Below, piece after piece: positions 1-12,099 of a stretch of DNA of 61,159 bases (position 1 is the first letter of the stretch; every line of letters begins with the position of its first letter). Source of the DNA: Proteromonas lacertae (lineage: Eukaryota); assembly GCA_002245135.1 (NCBI GenBank), contig NGBS01001176.1:62001-123159 (forward strand), given 5' to 3'. A program made the translations under genes and the position numbers. The notes under the pieces were generated by a model. That model did no database searches. It had not been told where the DNA came from and saw nothing but the letters and a program-made list of their open reading frames with translations.

Positions 1-497
1 TGTCATTATAGTTAGATTATAGTAACTATCAACAATATCAATACCAACAATATCATTTTTGCTTTCTTTTTTGATAGTATTTAAATTTTCTTTTGTAGCA
101 ATAACAAAATTATAATTACATGATAGTTTTAAACATATCCTGCCCCATGTAGATTTTATTCTTTTTCTGTGTGCAAAATGATTAAAAGATGATACTATAT
201 AGAATATTAGTTTAAAGAACATTTGATTAGTAGGTTGTATTGAAAAATTATAATAGAATGGATTGTTTGTATAAATATCCTTCTTTATAGAATGAGAGAT
301 GTTTGTGTTTTTCTTAGAAAATATAAAAAGTATAAAACATACAAAAATAAAAATTACACTAGATATTCTAAATATATATAAATATATATATATAAGACTG
401 AAATATTAATGAATATGTAATTACTTTAGTTTTAATATTAATTATTATTCTGACATTATACTTTTTTATATTTTCATTATTAATAACGCTAATATTT

Positions 498-1370
498 TTG
501 TTAATTAAAAGCAATAATATTGATAGAATATATCCTCAAAATGATTATGAGCAAATAATACAATTTGATCAACTACATATGAATGTACTAAACAAATTGA
601 ATTGTGTATATCCCTTAAAGGAAGTAAATCTAAAAAATCTATTAATTTTTCTTTTATCTAGAGATAGATACTATGCTGTGTATTATTCTCTAAAGTATTG
701 GTTAAAGTTAGATAAAAAAATGCAAATTAAAATAATTATATTAGATCATTACACAACATATAAACCTTTACTTGAATATTACAATGTTATTGAAAAAATT
801 CATAATATTAAAATATACAAATTAAAAGAATTAAATTGGAGAAATGCAATTGATAAAGAGGTACCTGATGTAATAAGCTGCTATTTAAAGAAGTTTAAAC
901 AATATAAATATTATGTCTTGTCAGATGTTGATATTATACTAATCAATATTCCTAACAATATGTTTGATTTATATAGCACAATTCTATCTAGTTGTAAGGT
1001 TAATGTAGTTGGGCCATCTTTAATGATAAATGATATATCAATGCTATTTCCAGACTATAAAAGAGTTTATAATTTTGAAACAAAATATCTTAAAAGCAAT
1101 CATTATGATGTTCTATATAGAAATTATTATGTATCATTTATTGAAGCTGATATCGATACAATATTTGGAATGAGAAAAAGTACTGCAAGATTTAAAAGAC
1201 ATAGTAAATTATCATTTAGATCTTTATCTCCTTACATATCACATCATATTGATTGGTATATCACAGCTAAATCTATTCCTACATCTTTTATATACTATGT
1301 CAATCATTCAAAATCCATAAATCACTCTGGTTCTGCATTTAAAATTTCCAATTCACTAAAACAACCTTAG
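498..1370 (+). CDS. Putative GT-A fold glycosyltransferase (GT2-like); true start probably slightly upstream
   Basis: 290-aa ORF with IIILDH strand and YVLSDVDII DxD motif; lies in a glycosyltransferase cluster. Confidence 0.5.
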   Translation: MLIKSNNIDRIYPQNDYEQIIQFDQLHMNVLNKLNCVYPLKEVNLKNLLIFLLSRDRYYAVYYSLKYWLKLDKKMQIKIIILDHYTTYKPLLEYYNVIEKIHNIKIYKLKELNWRNAIDKEVPDVISCYLKKFKQYKYYVLSDVDIILINIPNNMFDLYSTILSSCKVNVVGPSLMINDISMLFPDYKRVYNFETKYLKSNHYDVLYRNYYVSFIEADIDTIFGMRKSTARFKRHSKLSFRSLSPYISHHIDWYITAKSIPTSFIYYVNHSKSINHSGSAFKISNSLKQP

Positions 1371-1379
1371 AATTGATAA

Positions 1380-2336
1380 ATGTTAAATATATTTATTATA
1401 TATTTTATTTTAATGGTGATTTGTGTTAGATACTATGATTATATTTTTAATAATTATATCTTTACAAGGATTACATTTAACAGAAATGATAATTTATCAG
1501 AATTGTTTATTAATTCTGTTAATATATACAATCAAAGAATAGATTATATAAATCGTATGTACAAAATGAATCAGATATGTAAGGGATGGAAGAAAGCAAT
1601 AATTGTACTATTAAAATATGATGAAATTAAAAAGTTTATAAATAGAAACTACTTATTTCTTATACAAAAATATCATGATGAATTAATATTCTTTGTTACT
1701 GAAAGAATATCTAAAACAACTTTATATAAAGATATAAAATATATAGTAGTGGATATATCTGAAATTTTTTTCTCATTTCCTTATAAATTTAATCAATCAG
1801 CACATAAACCAAACTATATGAAGAGAGGAAAATGGAATTACCAACATATGTGTAGATTCTTTTTTAAAAATATATTTTTTCATCCCATATTGTGTGATGT
1901 TGATATTTATATGAGGCTTGATTCAGAATCAATACTAAATACTACTCAAAATTTATTTAATTTAATGGGGGAAGGAATTGTCTATATGCACAATAAAATA
2001 ATGAATGATTGTGGTAGATTAGTAGAAGGATTAAAACAATATATTTTTTCTTTTGTAAAAGCATTGAATATAGATATAAAAGATAAAGAAAAGTATTATT
2101 TAGCATTTAATAAAACTGCCCTATTATATTACAATAATTTTGAAATATGTCAAATGAAATTTTTTAGAAGTAAAGAAATGATTCTATTATCCAGTTTAAT
2201 TGATTACAGTTATGGACAGTTTATTTATAGATGGGGAGATGCTCCTTTAAGATATATTAGTTTATCTATGTTTGCTGATAACTCTTCAATAATTGCATTA
2301 CCTCATTCAGTAAAATATTGCCATCAAAATTGTTAA
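1380..2336 (+). CDS. GT15 (Kre2/Mnt1-like) alpha-1,2-mannosyltransferase family protein
   Basis: N-terminal TM anchor; motifs YQHMCRFF, YMRLD, YNNFEI, RWGDAP. Confidence 0.85.
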   Translation: MLNIFIIYFILMVICVRYYDYIFNNYIFTRITFNRNDNLSELFINSVNIYNQRIDYINRMYKMNQICKGWKKAIIVLLKYDEIKKFINRNYLFLIQKYHDELIFFVTERISKTTLYKDIKYIVVDISEIFFSFPYKFNQSAHKPNYMKRGKWNYQHMCRFFFKNIFFHPILCDVDIYMRLDSESILNTTQNLFNLMGEGIVYMHNKIMNDCGRLVEGLKQYIFSFVKALNIDIKDKEKYYLAFNKTALLYYNNFEICQMKFFRSKEMILLSSLIDYSYGQFIYRWGDAPLRYISLSMFADNSSIIALPHSVKYCHQNC

Positions 2337-2730
2337 CTTAAAGTAATATATATATATATATATATATATATGATTTATATAAAATCAACAAATTGTTAAA
2401 ATTACTGTAATAGATTTTTTAATCTTTCAGTTGATGATATTTTACGTATTTGAATAGAAGCACCAGGAATAGAAACATAAGCAAAGCATAACTTATTTTT
2501 AGAATATAGTTCAATTATACTACTGACAATAAGTAACTAGAGTAACTCTTATTAACCTATTTTTCTAATAGATAAGAAATTGACAAATATATCAATATTT
2601 TATATTATGTAATACATAGAGTAAAAGAAAAATATTTATACTGTCAACATAATTTATTGTACATGAGAATATATTATTACAATCCTTATAAAAAGAGTAA
2701 AAATTTCTATTAACAACCATATTTTAAAAT

Positions 2731-3726
2731 CTAGAATTTGTGATAATTTTTAATATATTTGCAAAATTTGCATGGCGTAAATATGTAATGTTTCATATTT
2801 TTATACCAATCTTTTGAATAATTGTAAGGCCAATTTATATATTCACTTAATATCTTTCTATCATTTCTAATTAAATAAACATAATTTATTAATTCGCTAT
2901 AATTTTTAAAATCTTTTGCATTAATAATTGAAAAATTAGTTGGATAAAATTTCTCAACATTTTTTGCTCCAAAATATATGGGAATTGATCCTCCTCTCAT
3001 GCAATCCCATAGTTTTTCTGTTACATAATCATCATCAATCGTATCTGAATGCATTTGTCCCCATTTAACTTGATTAATAGTATTTTCTATTGCTAAACAG
3101 AATTTATAATTTTTAATAAGTAAATATTTTTGATTGGGCAAGTTATCAGGCCATTTAAGATGATTCTTAAACGCTTGACCAAAAATATCTACTTTCATTT
3201 TTCTATTAAACATTTGGCATATTAAATTTCTATTTTTGTATGGTTGTCTATAAATAAAGACAATATCTTTTCTTTTCATAAAATCATCAATTGATCTTAG
3301 AGATGCTTTTCCATCATTAATAATATGAACAATATTATGATAATATGGATATGAGAAATGATGTTTTGATATGAGAAGTTTATAACTAATCAAAACATCA
3401 AATGAATTATCTCTTCCACTGCTAATATATAGCATATTTTTCCATCTACTTAATGCTTCTACATTTATTTTTATATTTAAAATGTGATTATTTTTTCTTT
3501 GAGATAATGATTTTATGTAGCGATTATACATAACAGCATTATAGTTATACATATTGTTATTATTTATAATACATTTTACATTTCCACATTTATATTTAGT
3601 ATTATTTAGTCCAAACCATTCATCCATATATCTACTATTTATGTATATATTATATAATTTGTTTTTCTTCCAAACTGCAATACAACCAACTATTAAAACA
3701 ATAAATATATTTTGCGCTATTGTCAT
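2731..3726 (-). CDS. GT10 alpha-1,3/4-fucosyltransferase family protein
   Basis: Signature YKFCLAIEN...DYVTEKLWD...GSIPIYFGA; N-terminal TM anchor. Confidence 0.88.
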   Translation of the reverse strand: MTIAQNIFIVLIVGCIAVWKKNKLYNIYINSRYMDEWFGLNNTKYKCGNVKCIINNNNMYNYNAVMYNRYIKSLSQRKNNHILNIKINVEALSRWKNMLYISSGRDNSFDVLISYKLLISKHHFSYPYYHNIVHIINDGKASLRSIDDFMKRKDIVFIYRQPYKNRNLICQMFNRKMKVDIFGQAFKNHLKWPDNLPNQKYLLIKNYKFCLAIENTINQVKWGQMHSDTIDDDYVTEKLWDCMRGGSIPIYFGAKNVEKFYPTNFSIINAKDFKNYSELINYVYLIRNDRKILSEYINWPYNYSKDWYKNMKHYIFTPCKFCKYIKNYHKF

Positions 3727-4155
3727 TTACCAATTAAAAATATACAATATATATTGTATTAATAAGCCAATTTTAAAACTACATTTTTATTTTTTTCTTA
3801 ATAAGATCAAGATGGTGAATAGTTCTTCTTCGGTATATCTATTTATCTTCTGTAATTTCTGGGAATTTCAAGCAACAGAACATTCATAAGCGATCGGTGA
3901 TCACTACAAGAGGAGTCACAGCAACCAGAAATTACAGAATGTGCTGTTGACAATAACTACCTCCGGAACTTTAGGAATAGCCAATCTTGAATAAAATGGA
4001 AATGAAATAGGAAATGAAAATATGAAATTATTATCTTCACATTTGCATTTATTGAAAGATTATGATATTTAAATGAATGCTTCAAGTATAATGATAATGT
4101 TAATGTGATATAGAAATGGGATTATCATCAATTGGATTACACTTAATATTAGTTG

Positions 4156-5148
4156 ATGATAATTGCAATTATATTAATTTGTATAATATTGTATGTATAT
4201 ATTCAATATTTAAATATTGATATTGGTAATTTGTTTTTAAATTATTTATTATATAGAGTATTAGATAAATCATTCACAAAAATCATTAAAAATGAGGCAA
4301 AATACTATACCACCTTTAACGATACAGATTTAAACCTTCCACACATTATTGATTTTTCTGTAGTAAAAAATATAAAATGTTTTTACAAACCAAAAATAAT
4401 CATTGCTGTTTTATCATCTCCTCATAATTTTAAGAAGAGATTTTCATTTAGATATATCAGCAAAAATTATTGTAATGCTAAAACAAAATGCAAATTCATT
4501 TTCTTTATGGGATCGTCATATTATGAAGATAAAGTATTAATAAATAAAGAAACTTCTACTTTTAATGATTTAGTACAGTTTTCATTTCAAAATAGTTATT
4601 TAAATTTGACAATTTTGTCTATCATGGCTATAAAGTATTGCTATAGAATCTTTAAATATCTACATTATTACATTAAGACAGATGACGATGTTTTAATCAA
4701 TTATTCTTTGTTATTCAATATTTTAACCAGAATAAATATAAGTAATAACCATGTATTTGGACATTATAATGGTAAATTTACTGTAAACAGAAATAAAAAC
4801 AGTAAAAGCTACATACCTTATTTTCAATATCCATATAAAGTAAGTCCAGCATATGTATATGGTGGATTAATAATTGTAACACAATCATCATTACATAAAA
4901 TATATAAAGAAATAAGCAAAAATCATTCATATGTTTGGAAAGAAGATGTAAATTTCGGAATTATATGCAAATGGTGTAATGTGACTGTCTTGCAATATCC
5001 TTGTTGTGTAGATGCAAAAAATAAAAGAAAAGAATGTGTAATTGATAATAATACTATTGCAAATGAAATATATAATAAAATAGATTCTTTCTATTGTATA
5101 AAACAATTTATAGTAAAATTTCATCAATTATTAGTAAATTCAGTCTAA
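4156..5148 (+). CDS. GT31 beta-1,3-galactosyltransferase family protein
   Basis: TM anchor; DLVQFSFQNSYLNLT, IKTDDDV, EDVNFG motifs. Confidence 0.88.
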   Translation: MIIAIILICIILYVYIQYLNIDIGNLFLNYLLYRVLDKSFTKIIKNEAKYYTTFNDTDLNLPHIIDFSVVKNIKCFYKPKIIIAVLSSPHNFKKRFSFRYISKNYCNAKTKCKFIFFMGSSYYEDKVLINKETSTFNDLVQFSFQNSYLNLTILSIMAIKYCYRIFKYLHYYIKTDDDVLINYSLLFNILTRINISNNHVFGHYNGKFTVNRNKNSKSYIPYFQYPYKVSPAYVYGGLIIVTQSSLHKIYKEISKNHSYVWKEDVNFGIICKWCNVTVLQYPCCVDAKNKRKECVIDNNTIANEIYNKIDSFYCIKQFIVKFHQLLVNSV

Positions 5149-5355
5149 ATTACTTCTTGTTGTTTAAAATATATAGTGATTATATAAAATATAGTGATTT
5201 AATTGATTATATATACTCTATTACAAATAATAATAATAAACTGAGCGTGTATATAAAACTATAAAAATTGGTAATAGTGAATAGAAAATCATGGTTATAA
5301 ATATAATAAAAAATATAGCAACATTACTCCTCTCTATTATTTTTATAAATTGTTA

Positions 5356-6096
5356 ATGATTCTGATAATCATTTTCATATTTCATTTATTTTTACTTATT
5401 AACATATGTATCTTTGTTTTATTTGTAAATGATAATCAAATGTGCATGTGGTATAATATAAATACAACCACTAATTTTGATACTAATAAATCAAATTTAA
5501 TAAAAGGATATTTTCAAGTATTACACATATTGAAAGTAAAATATTTTCTCGGATTTGGCTCTGAATTGGGTAGTTTTCGAAACAAAGGAATAATAAAGAA
5601 TGATCATGATGTTGATATTCTTATACCAATATGGATGAATTATCACATATTTAAATGTAATCATTATTTGCACTACTATCCTCAGAAATGTAATATATAT
5701 ACTAATCCTAATTATAAAATATGTAATAAAACAAGAATAGAATATTTATTTATGTTCAAGGAGTACATAGAAAATATAAGTAAATCAAAAAGCGATTATT
5801 CATGTAAGTATTGGGGAAAATATGGTTATACTAGTTGTTGGATGTTTAAATCAGAATATTTATTTTTAGATATTTGGGTGTTAATAGGGAATGAATATGT
5901 TTACAATGATATTGATATTTGTAGATGTTCATTTTCTGATAATATTGTCTATTGTAATAAAAATGCATTGAAATCAATTATTAGATTATATGGAAAAAAT
6001 TATATGATTCCAAACAAAAAAGGGAGTGGAGATGTATTATGCAAAATAATAATCAACCCAAATAGAAATAATTCAATTTTACTTACAACTAGTTGA
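5356..6096 (+). CDS. LicD/fukutin-family nucleotidyltransferase-fold protein
   Basis: FGSELGSFRNKGIIKNDHDVDI matches the LicD G(T/S)xLGxxR...DxDxD motif; N-terminal TM anchor. Confidence 0.8.
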   Translation: MILIIIFIFHLFLLINICIFVLFVNDNQMCMWYNINTTTNFDTNKSNLIKGYFQVLHILKVKYFLGFGSELGSFRNKGIIKNDHDVDILIPIWMNYHIFKCNHYLHYYPQKCNIYTNPNYKICNKTRIEYLFMFKEYIENISKSKSDYSCKYWGKYGYTSCWMFKSEYLFLDIWVLIGNEYVYNDIDICRCSFSDNIVYCNKNALKSIIRLYGKNYMIPNKKGSGDVLCKIIINPNRNNSILLTTS

Positions 6097-6291
6097 GTTG
6101 TCTAAAAAACTTAAGTATTTATATACATCGATGGATGGAAATAAGAACAATCAAATAATAACAGTAGTTACAATAAACAATTGGATAAAAGCCATATAAT
6201 TCGCTTTATAATATTGTAATTACTAACTTCTTTCTGTGGAAATAAAAAGAGTAAAAAAGTCTTATCAAAACAATTTAAAAAACAAAATAAT

Positions 6292-7980
6292 TTATACTAC
6301 CTTTTCTGGATTATTACTAACATTCTCATGTAATCTCTCATTAAGATTATTATCATTTCTAATAACTGGTAAACTTCTTTGAGCTGGGATTACATTTTCA
6401 TCTATATTACTATTACTATTTGTTGTATTACTTGTATTTTCAGATAGTTTTGATTTATGTTTACAACAATTCATCTTCTTGAAATATCCTCTTTTATACA
6501 TCTGATAAAACAATGTAATAAAGAATGCTTGACAAACCAATCCAACAGGCAAAGTAACATACAACACACCATCTGCAAGACCACCAATTAAAAATCCAAA
6601 TGAACAACTACAAGCAGTTGTTAATGCATAAGGCAATTGTGTAGCAACATGTTGCATATGAACACAATCACTAGATGTTGAAGACATGACTGTAGTATCA
6701 GAAATAGGAGAACAATGATCGCCAAATATACTACCTGATAATACAGCAGCTAAACATATTGTATGTAATTCTGGACATACCCTTTCACAAATACCATTCA
6801 TTATAGGAATTAATATACCAAAGGTACCCCAAGCTGAACCTATTGAAAATGCTAAAATTGCAGAGAATATAAACACAATAAAAGGTAATATTCTACTTGG
6901 GAAATTTGATTTTTGTATTACATCTCCAATCCACACACCTGTTTGTAAATACTCTTTAGCTACAGATCCAATAGCCCAAGCCAAACATAATATGATCATT
7001 GTAGGCATCATCATCTTCATACCTTCTTTCACACCTTCTAATACATCAACAAATGTCATTATTTTTCTTGGGATATACATCAACATACATACAACTAAAC
7101 ATACACCACTTGACATACATAATGAAGTAGCTGAATCTCCATCTCCAAATACATCAGCAATTGATTTACCATTTCTTTCAAAACCACCACCATTGTAGAT
7201 CATAAATATAAACACTAATATTATTAATAATATCAATGGAATTAATAAATCAAATACTCTTCCTTTGGTGGATATCTTTACTGTTGCTAAATCTTTTTCT
7301 TGTTTTATTACACTCTCTTCTACTTGACTTAATCTTCTATCGTCTGTTTCAGGTGCTTCTACTTTGTGTAATGCTCTTTGCTCTGCTTCAGCCATTGGAC
7401 CATAATCAATTCCTGTTATACTGATTGTTATTACCATTACTATTGTCAATACACCATATAAATTGTATGGAATTGTTTTGACGAATTGAACCATTCCATT
7501 TTTAACTATTTCTGATTCTTCCATTGCTGAGACTATTACAGCTGCCCAACTTGATATTGGAATAATGACACACATTGCTGCTCCTGTTGCATCTACAATG
7601 TAAGCTAATTTCTCTCTTGAGATCTTATTTAAATCAGTAACTGGCTTCATCACAGTACCTGTTGCAATACAAGAGAAGTAATCATCGATAAATATAATTG
7701 CTCCTAGAAATGCTGTTGCTAATTGAGCACCAACTTTAGTATGGATGGCTTTTATTGCCCATCGACCATATGCTACTGTTCCTCCAGCTGCTGTCATTAT
7801 ATAAACTAACGAACCTAACATTAGACAAAACATAATGATTGTAGCTCCACTACCAATGGATTCTGCGAGAATTATAAATGGTAATCTTAATATTTCTAAG
7901 AAAAATTCACCTTTTACACAAATATAAATCAACGAACCTAACAAATTGCTTATTTTAAATGATTCTAACATGTGAATCAC
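6292..7980 (-). CDS. NhaC-family Na+/H+ antiporter (bacterial type); N-terminus uncertain or truncated
   Basis: Many TM helices; FIDDYF, SREKLAYIVDAT, GSAWGTFGI, FGDHCSPISDTT motifs. Confidence 0.85.
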   Translation of the reverse strand: MIHMLESFKISNLLGSLIYICVKGEFFLEILRLPFIILAESIGSGATIIMFCLMLGSLVYIMTAAGGTVAYGRWAIKAIHTKVGAQLATAFLGAIIFIDDYFSCIATGTVMKPVTDLNKISREKLAYIVDATGAAMCVIIPISSWAAVIVSAMEESEIVKNGMVQFVKTIPYNLYGVLTIVMVITISITGIDYGPMAEAEQRALHKVEAPETDDRRLSQVEESVIKQEKDLATVKISTKGRVFDLLIPLILLIILVFIFMIYNGGGFERNGKSIADVFGDGDSATSLCMSSGVCLVVCMLMYIPRKIMTFVDVLEGVKEGMKMMMPTMIILCLAWAIGSVAKEYLQTGVWIGDVIQKSNFPSRILPFIVFIFSAILAFSIGSAWGTFGILIPIMNGICERVCPELHTICLAAVLSGSIFGDHCSPISDTTVMSSTSSDCVHMQHVATQLPYALTTACSCSFGFLIGGLADGVLYVTLPVGLVCQAFFITLFYQMYKRGYFKKMNCCKHKSKLSENTSNTTNSNSNIDENVIPAQRSLPVIRNDNNLNERLHENVSNNPEKVV

Positions 7981-9189
7981 TAATGAGGATTACATATAAA
8001 TTAATATAAGGAGGAAAGAGATAGAGAATAATATAATAGCAAACTGTATGTCATCCTTATTTTAATTTATATGTAGTTATTATTAATATAAGAAAATGTA
8101 TGAAAATACTGCAAATTGTTTGTTTATATGAAAAAGTATGGTTCTATCTAAAATAGTTTGAGAAAAGAAGAAGGAATTAGAGTGTATAATGTGAATATAA
8201 TGTGAATATAAGTAGATAGTTGAAAATGTGTTTGTAATATAAAGCTAAATCATAATAAAATATTATTTATTACCATATATAAAGATAAATTTCTTAAATA
8301 ATACATACATAGTAATCTTCTTCAATTTTTATTCTTTCTAATAATAATCTTAAAAATAATAAGAAGACTAATATGTATTTCTCTTATATTCTTTATCATT
8401 CTATAAAAAGTATATATATCATACAAAATATGCTTGAAAAATGTTTGTGTGAAAACACTATGTCGTTAGAAGATAAAAAAGAAGATAGATGTAAATATAA
8501 AATAACTATGCACATTTTCAACATTATGTTGTTCTAATCATTTCAGCTACTATAGTTTAGTATATATTAGCTAAATGTGCATTTAGTTTGCTGAAAATGT
8601 ACATACTTGAATGTGTATATAAGTACGATAGGCTTGGCTCGAATGAAAAGGCTTGAGTATGATAACATGCCTGTTGTTCCACGTATGGCAGAAATTTATA
8701 TTGCAGAATGATTCAATGAAAACTAATATGATATTCATGATGTTCAGAGTTAGTTATTTTAGAGTAAAAAATGTCTTAATATGACATTTTTTATATGTAC
8801 ACTCAAAATGAAAATTATCGGTTATTCAGGATTTAAGAATTTTACCAATTAGTTCACTTTTATTTCATACATATTATGCTTATTAATAATATAAAATATT
8901 TTCAAAAAATTTCAATTGGATGATGAGATAAACAAAAAAATGTGTTGTAAATCCTGAATTCTTTTACCCCCTTAATTATTTTTTTATCGTTAATTTCATA
9001 AGTAATTGTTTATATTTTTGTATATCTTTTTAAATTATTTCGTAATTATAAATAATAAACTATATTATACAATAACTACTCTTTCTTTTGTAATTCACTT
9101 TGGTAATGTTATATATTTTGAGTAATTTTTGATATTAGTATATAGATAAATGTATTATAGTATGTGTATTACATACACATATTATAAGC

Positions 9190-9265
9190 TTAATACTGTT
9201 TGTCTGTACTCAATGGGATGAAATTTACTCTTTTCTCCCTGTTGAGTACAGACACACAGTATTAA
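9190..9265. repeat. Small hairpin/MITE-like element; internally deleted copy at ~13987-14035
   Basis: ttaatactgtttgtctgtactcaatggga ... tccctgttgagtacagacacacagtattaa form ~29-bp imperfect inverted arms. Confidence 0.65.
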
Positions 9266-9775
9266 CTTGATACTCTCTGTATATGTTAGATACTATTAAT
9301 ATCCCTATTTTTAGTTGTTATATAAGTATATAAATCCAATATAAATCTTACATCTATAATATTCAACTGCATTGTTACAATTTTATTTCTAACAGATTTA
9401 ACATATTATAATATACTTTCTTTTAATGGTGATGATGAATCTAATTTAATATCAATTGCTCCTATAGCTATAGTTCCATAGACTGCATTTAACTTCTTTT
9501 TGTAACAGGTATTATTGTAAATGCTGAAGATGTAGTAAGTTTTATTGCTTGGTCATCAATCCTATATAATTATATTAATTTAAATATTAATAGTATACAA
9601 TCCATATAAATCTTTAGTTTTTTTATCTTCTTTAATTATTCCTTTCTTGTTGTTATCTGCGTAATTCTTCTTCTTGTCTGTATAGACAATTATATCACCA
9701 TGTTTAGGATTGATGAACCAGTTGGTACAATTGTGAAAGATACTACACTGTCAAAGTCCTACCTTTACACCTCCA

Positions 9776-10120
9776 ATGTCACAAAGGTCTGATACTACAC
9801 TTCTTGATTTTACTGATATTGATATACTGGATGCTGAATTGAAGTATTTTAATGCTGAATTAACTAAAAAAGATGAAGCAGAAAAGAAAAGAAAAGAAGA
9901 ATTAGTTGTTATTAGAATGCTTCAAGAAGAAGAGAATATGAGACAACAAGAAGAGTTAAGAAAGAAATGGGTATTAGAACAAAAGAGACAAATGGAAAAA
10001 AAGATGAAAAAAGAAAACGATGAATTAGAAAAGAAAATGGAAGAAAAGTTTAAGAAGAGAATTGAAGAAGAGAAAAGAAAAAAAGCTGAAGAGTTTGAGA
10101 AGATGATGAAGAACTTATAA
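9776..10120 (+). CDS. Lys/Glu-rich coiled-coil hypothetical protein (possibly viral accessory gene)
   Basis: 114-aa charged low-complexity ORF converging on the integrase remnant. Confidence 0.35.
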   Translation: MSQRSDTTLLDFTDIDILDAELKYFNAELTKKDEAEKKRKEELVVIRMLQEEENMRQQEELRKKWVLEQKRQMEKKMKKENDELEKKMEEKFKKRIEEEKRKKAEEFEKMMKNL

Positions 10121-10256
10121 GTATTAATATATACTTTAAATTTGTCTGGTTTATGCTTTAATTCATATACTTGAAAAACACTTTGAATTCATTACTTTGA
10201 TGAAAATTGGTGTTTGTTTAATATGTAAAAAATAACATAAATAAAAGCATAAAAAA

Positions 10257-10895
10257 TTATACGAAATCATTAAATAGCGAATTTTTCTTATATACTCTAC
10301 CATATCTACTTTTTCTGCCTTCTGGTACTGGTTGAATATCTGGTTCTATAGGTTGTGCTTCATTATTTATGCTATGAATTTGTCTTAATCTAAACATACC
10401 ATTTGTTATAATACTATTAACTGGTACTCTTTTATGAGATTTGAATCTATATGAACCTATATCTCTAGGATTAAATTCTTTAGGTATTGTTCCATCCAAG
10501 TTCTTAACAGAATATGAAAATGGTTCAACTATGTGTATTTGGTATACTTTATCTGTATAATAAGTAGTTTTTTGAAGTTTGTTATCTCTACGTTCCTTTA
10601 TTCTGACAAAATCATCAGCTTTAAAATGAGTATCACTTTTACGCTTCTTTAAGTTTCTAGCATGGGATTCTTTATACAATCTATCTTGGACTTCAAAATC
10701 ATTGAATACTTCATTTGGAGTTAAATTATTGAGTGCAGAATGTGGTTTTGCATTGTAATCATCTACAACAGTATATACTATATTACACAATGATTCAATA
10801 TTGTTAATTTTATCAAATTCTTCATCAGACAATGTATTAATTTTTCTATAAAACATATCTTTAATAGTTCTCACACATCGATCCAATATTTTCAT
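10257..10895 (-). pseudogene. Polinton-type retroviral-like integrase, C-terminal half only
   Basis: DRCVRTIK...VVDDYNAKPHSALNNLTPNEV...FKADDFVR; similar to 43525-44124. Confidence 0.75.
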
Positions 10896-10904
10896 CACTT
10901 GCTG

Positions 10905-10998
10905 AACCAACTGGACTTAATTTTACATATTGATAAAAAGGAAGCATAACAGGTGTCTCTACACCATGTTTTTGTTCTTTAGGAATAGATAAAGACAT
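10905..10998 (-). pseudogene. N-terminal ~30 codons of putative major capsid protein
   Basis: Translates MSLSIPKEQKHGVETPVMLPFYQYVKLSP, close to MSLTIPKEQKHGVDVPAMMAFYQYVKLTP at 24031. Confidence 0.8.
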
Positions 10999-11034
10999 AT
11001 TAAGCAAAGAAATAATAGATTAAAAAGAAATTAA

Positions 11035-11390
11035 TTAAGTTCTTTTAAAAACAACAATACTCATACAAAACTCTATATTATCTAAATTCAACTCATAACC
11101 ATTTTGCTGTGTAATCTGCAAAATGATCTGACCATTACTATAAGTATTATTAAACTATTTACTAGTATTAAAAATATCATAATTCTGATAAGTGATAAAA
11201 CTAGATTCAGGATTTGTTATTGGAATACTATCTAAAACATGACTATCTTGATCTATATTTACTATATCCATTCTAATAGTAATGGAAGTAACCCATATTA
11301 AAGTAGGTCTGAAAGGTAATTGAACTAATGGTAATTGTCTTTCAATATATCTTTCTGTATTATCTTTAATCATACCTGGTTCAAATTTAA
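11035..11390 (-). pseudogene. Putative minor capsid (penton-like) protein, C-terminal fragment
   Basis: QLPFRPTLIWV...RMDIVNI...ITYQN...TSK then ITQQNGYELNLDNIE; homologous to 24062-24652. Confidence 0.75.
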
Positions 11391-11470
11391 TATTAACAAG
11401 ACAGTATACTGCAGAGGTTGGTCATATAACAAAGTAAGTATAAAAGAAATAATATTTCATCTAGCCAATT
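11391..11470. repeat. Fragment of foldback-element arm
   Basis: attaacaagacagtatactgcagagg...tataaaagaaa nearly identical to 16972-17041. Confidence 0.8.
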
Positions 11471-12099
11471 AGGGTAAAAAGATGCTTTTATTATATACAG
11501 TAATTCTTTTCTTATTCTTCATTCAAAAATAATAATATTGTTATAATATGTATTATTTTTAATAACGATATCATTATATCTTTAATAAATAGAAGATAAT
11601 TCATATTGTCAGCAATGATTTAGATAATATATGATGGTTAATATAAGATTTGACAATCTTCCATTTCCTTTATATATCAAAATTATTATTACAATCTTTC
11701 ATAATTGAAAATGATAATGATTTTGATATACACTATTATAGATAATAATAGATTAATATACACTAATACATTTTAAAAATGAAACTTTACACAATTTAGA
11801 ATGAAAAATCAGGAGAACATTGAAATTATATGCATTTATAATATTATGATCAATGTTTAAAAGTTTATCCATATTTTCATCAAATTTGTATATATCAAAT
11901 TTGTAATAACAATATTTCTCTAAATAACTAACTATTATATATGGATTATCTATATAATAGCAAAAGAAATTTAATTAATTTTATTGTTATTATTTCTTTT
12001 CTCTTGGCACGGCTTGAATTTTTTGAACAAAGCGCCTTTTATGCCTTGTCAAAACTCAACTATTACTAGAAAATGTAATAATAGAACATTAGCAGAGAA

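Noticed and set aside
2346..2371. (TA)n microsatellite
   Set aside because: Ordinary simple repeat
10211..10218. TGTTTGTT motif suggesting Blastocystis-type polyadenylation signal
   Set aside because: Seen only sporadically and not consistently after genes; insufficient to assign host or mechanism
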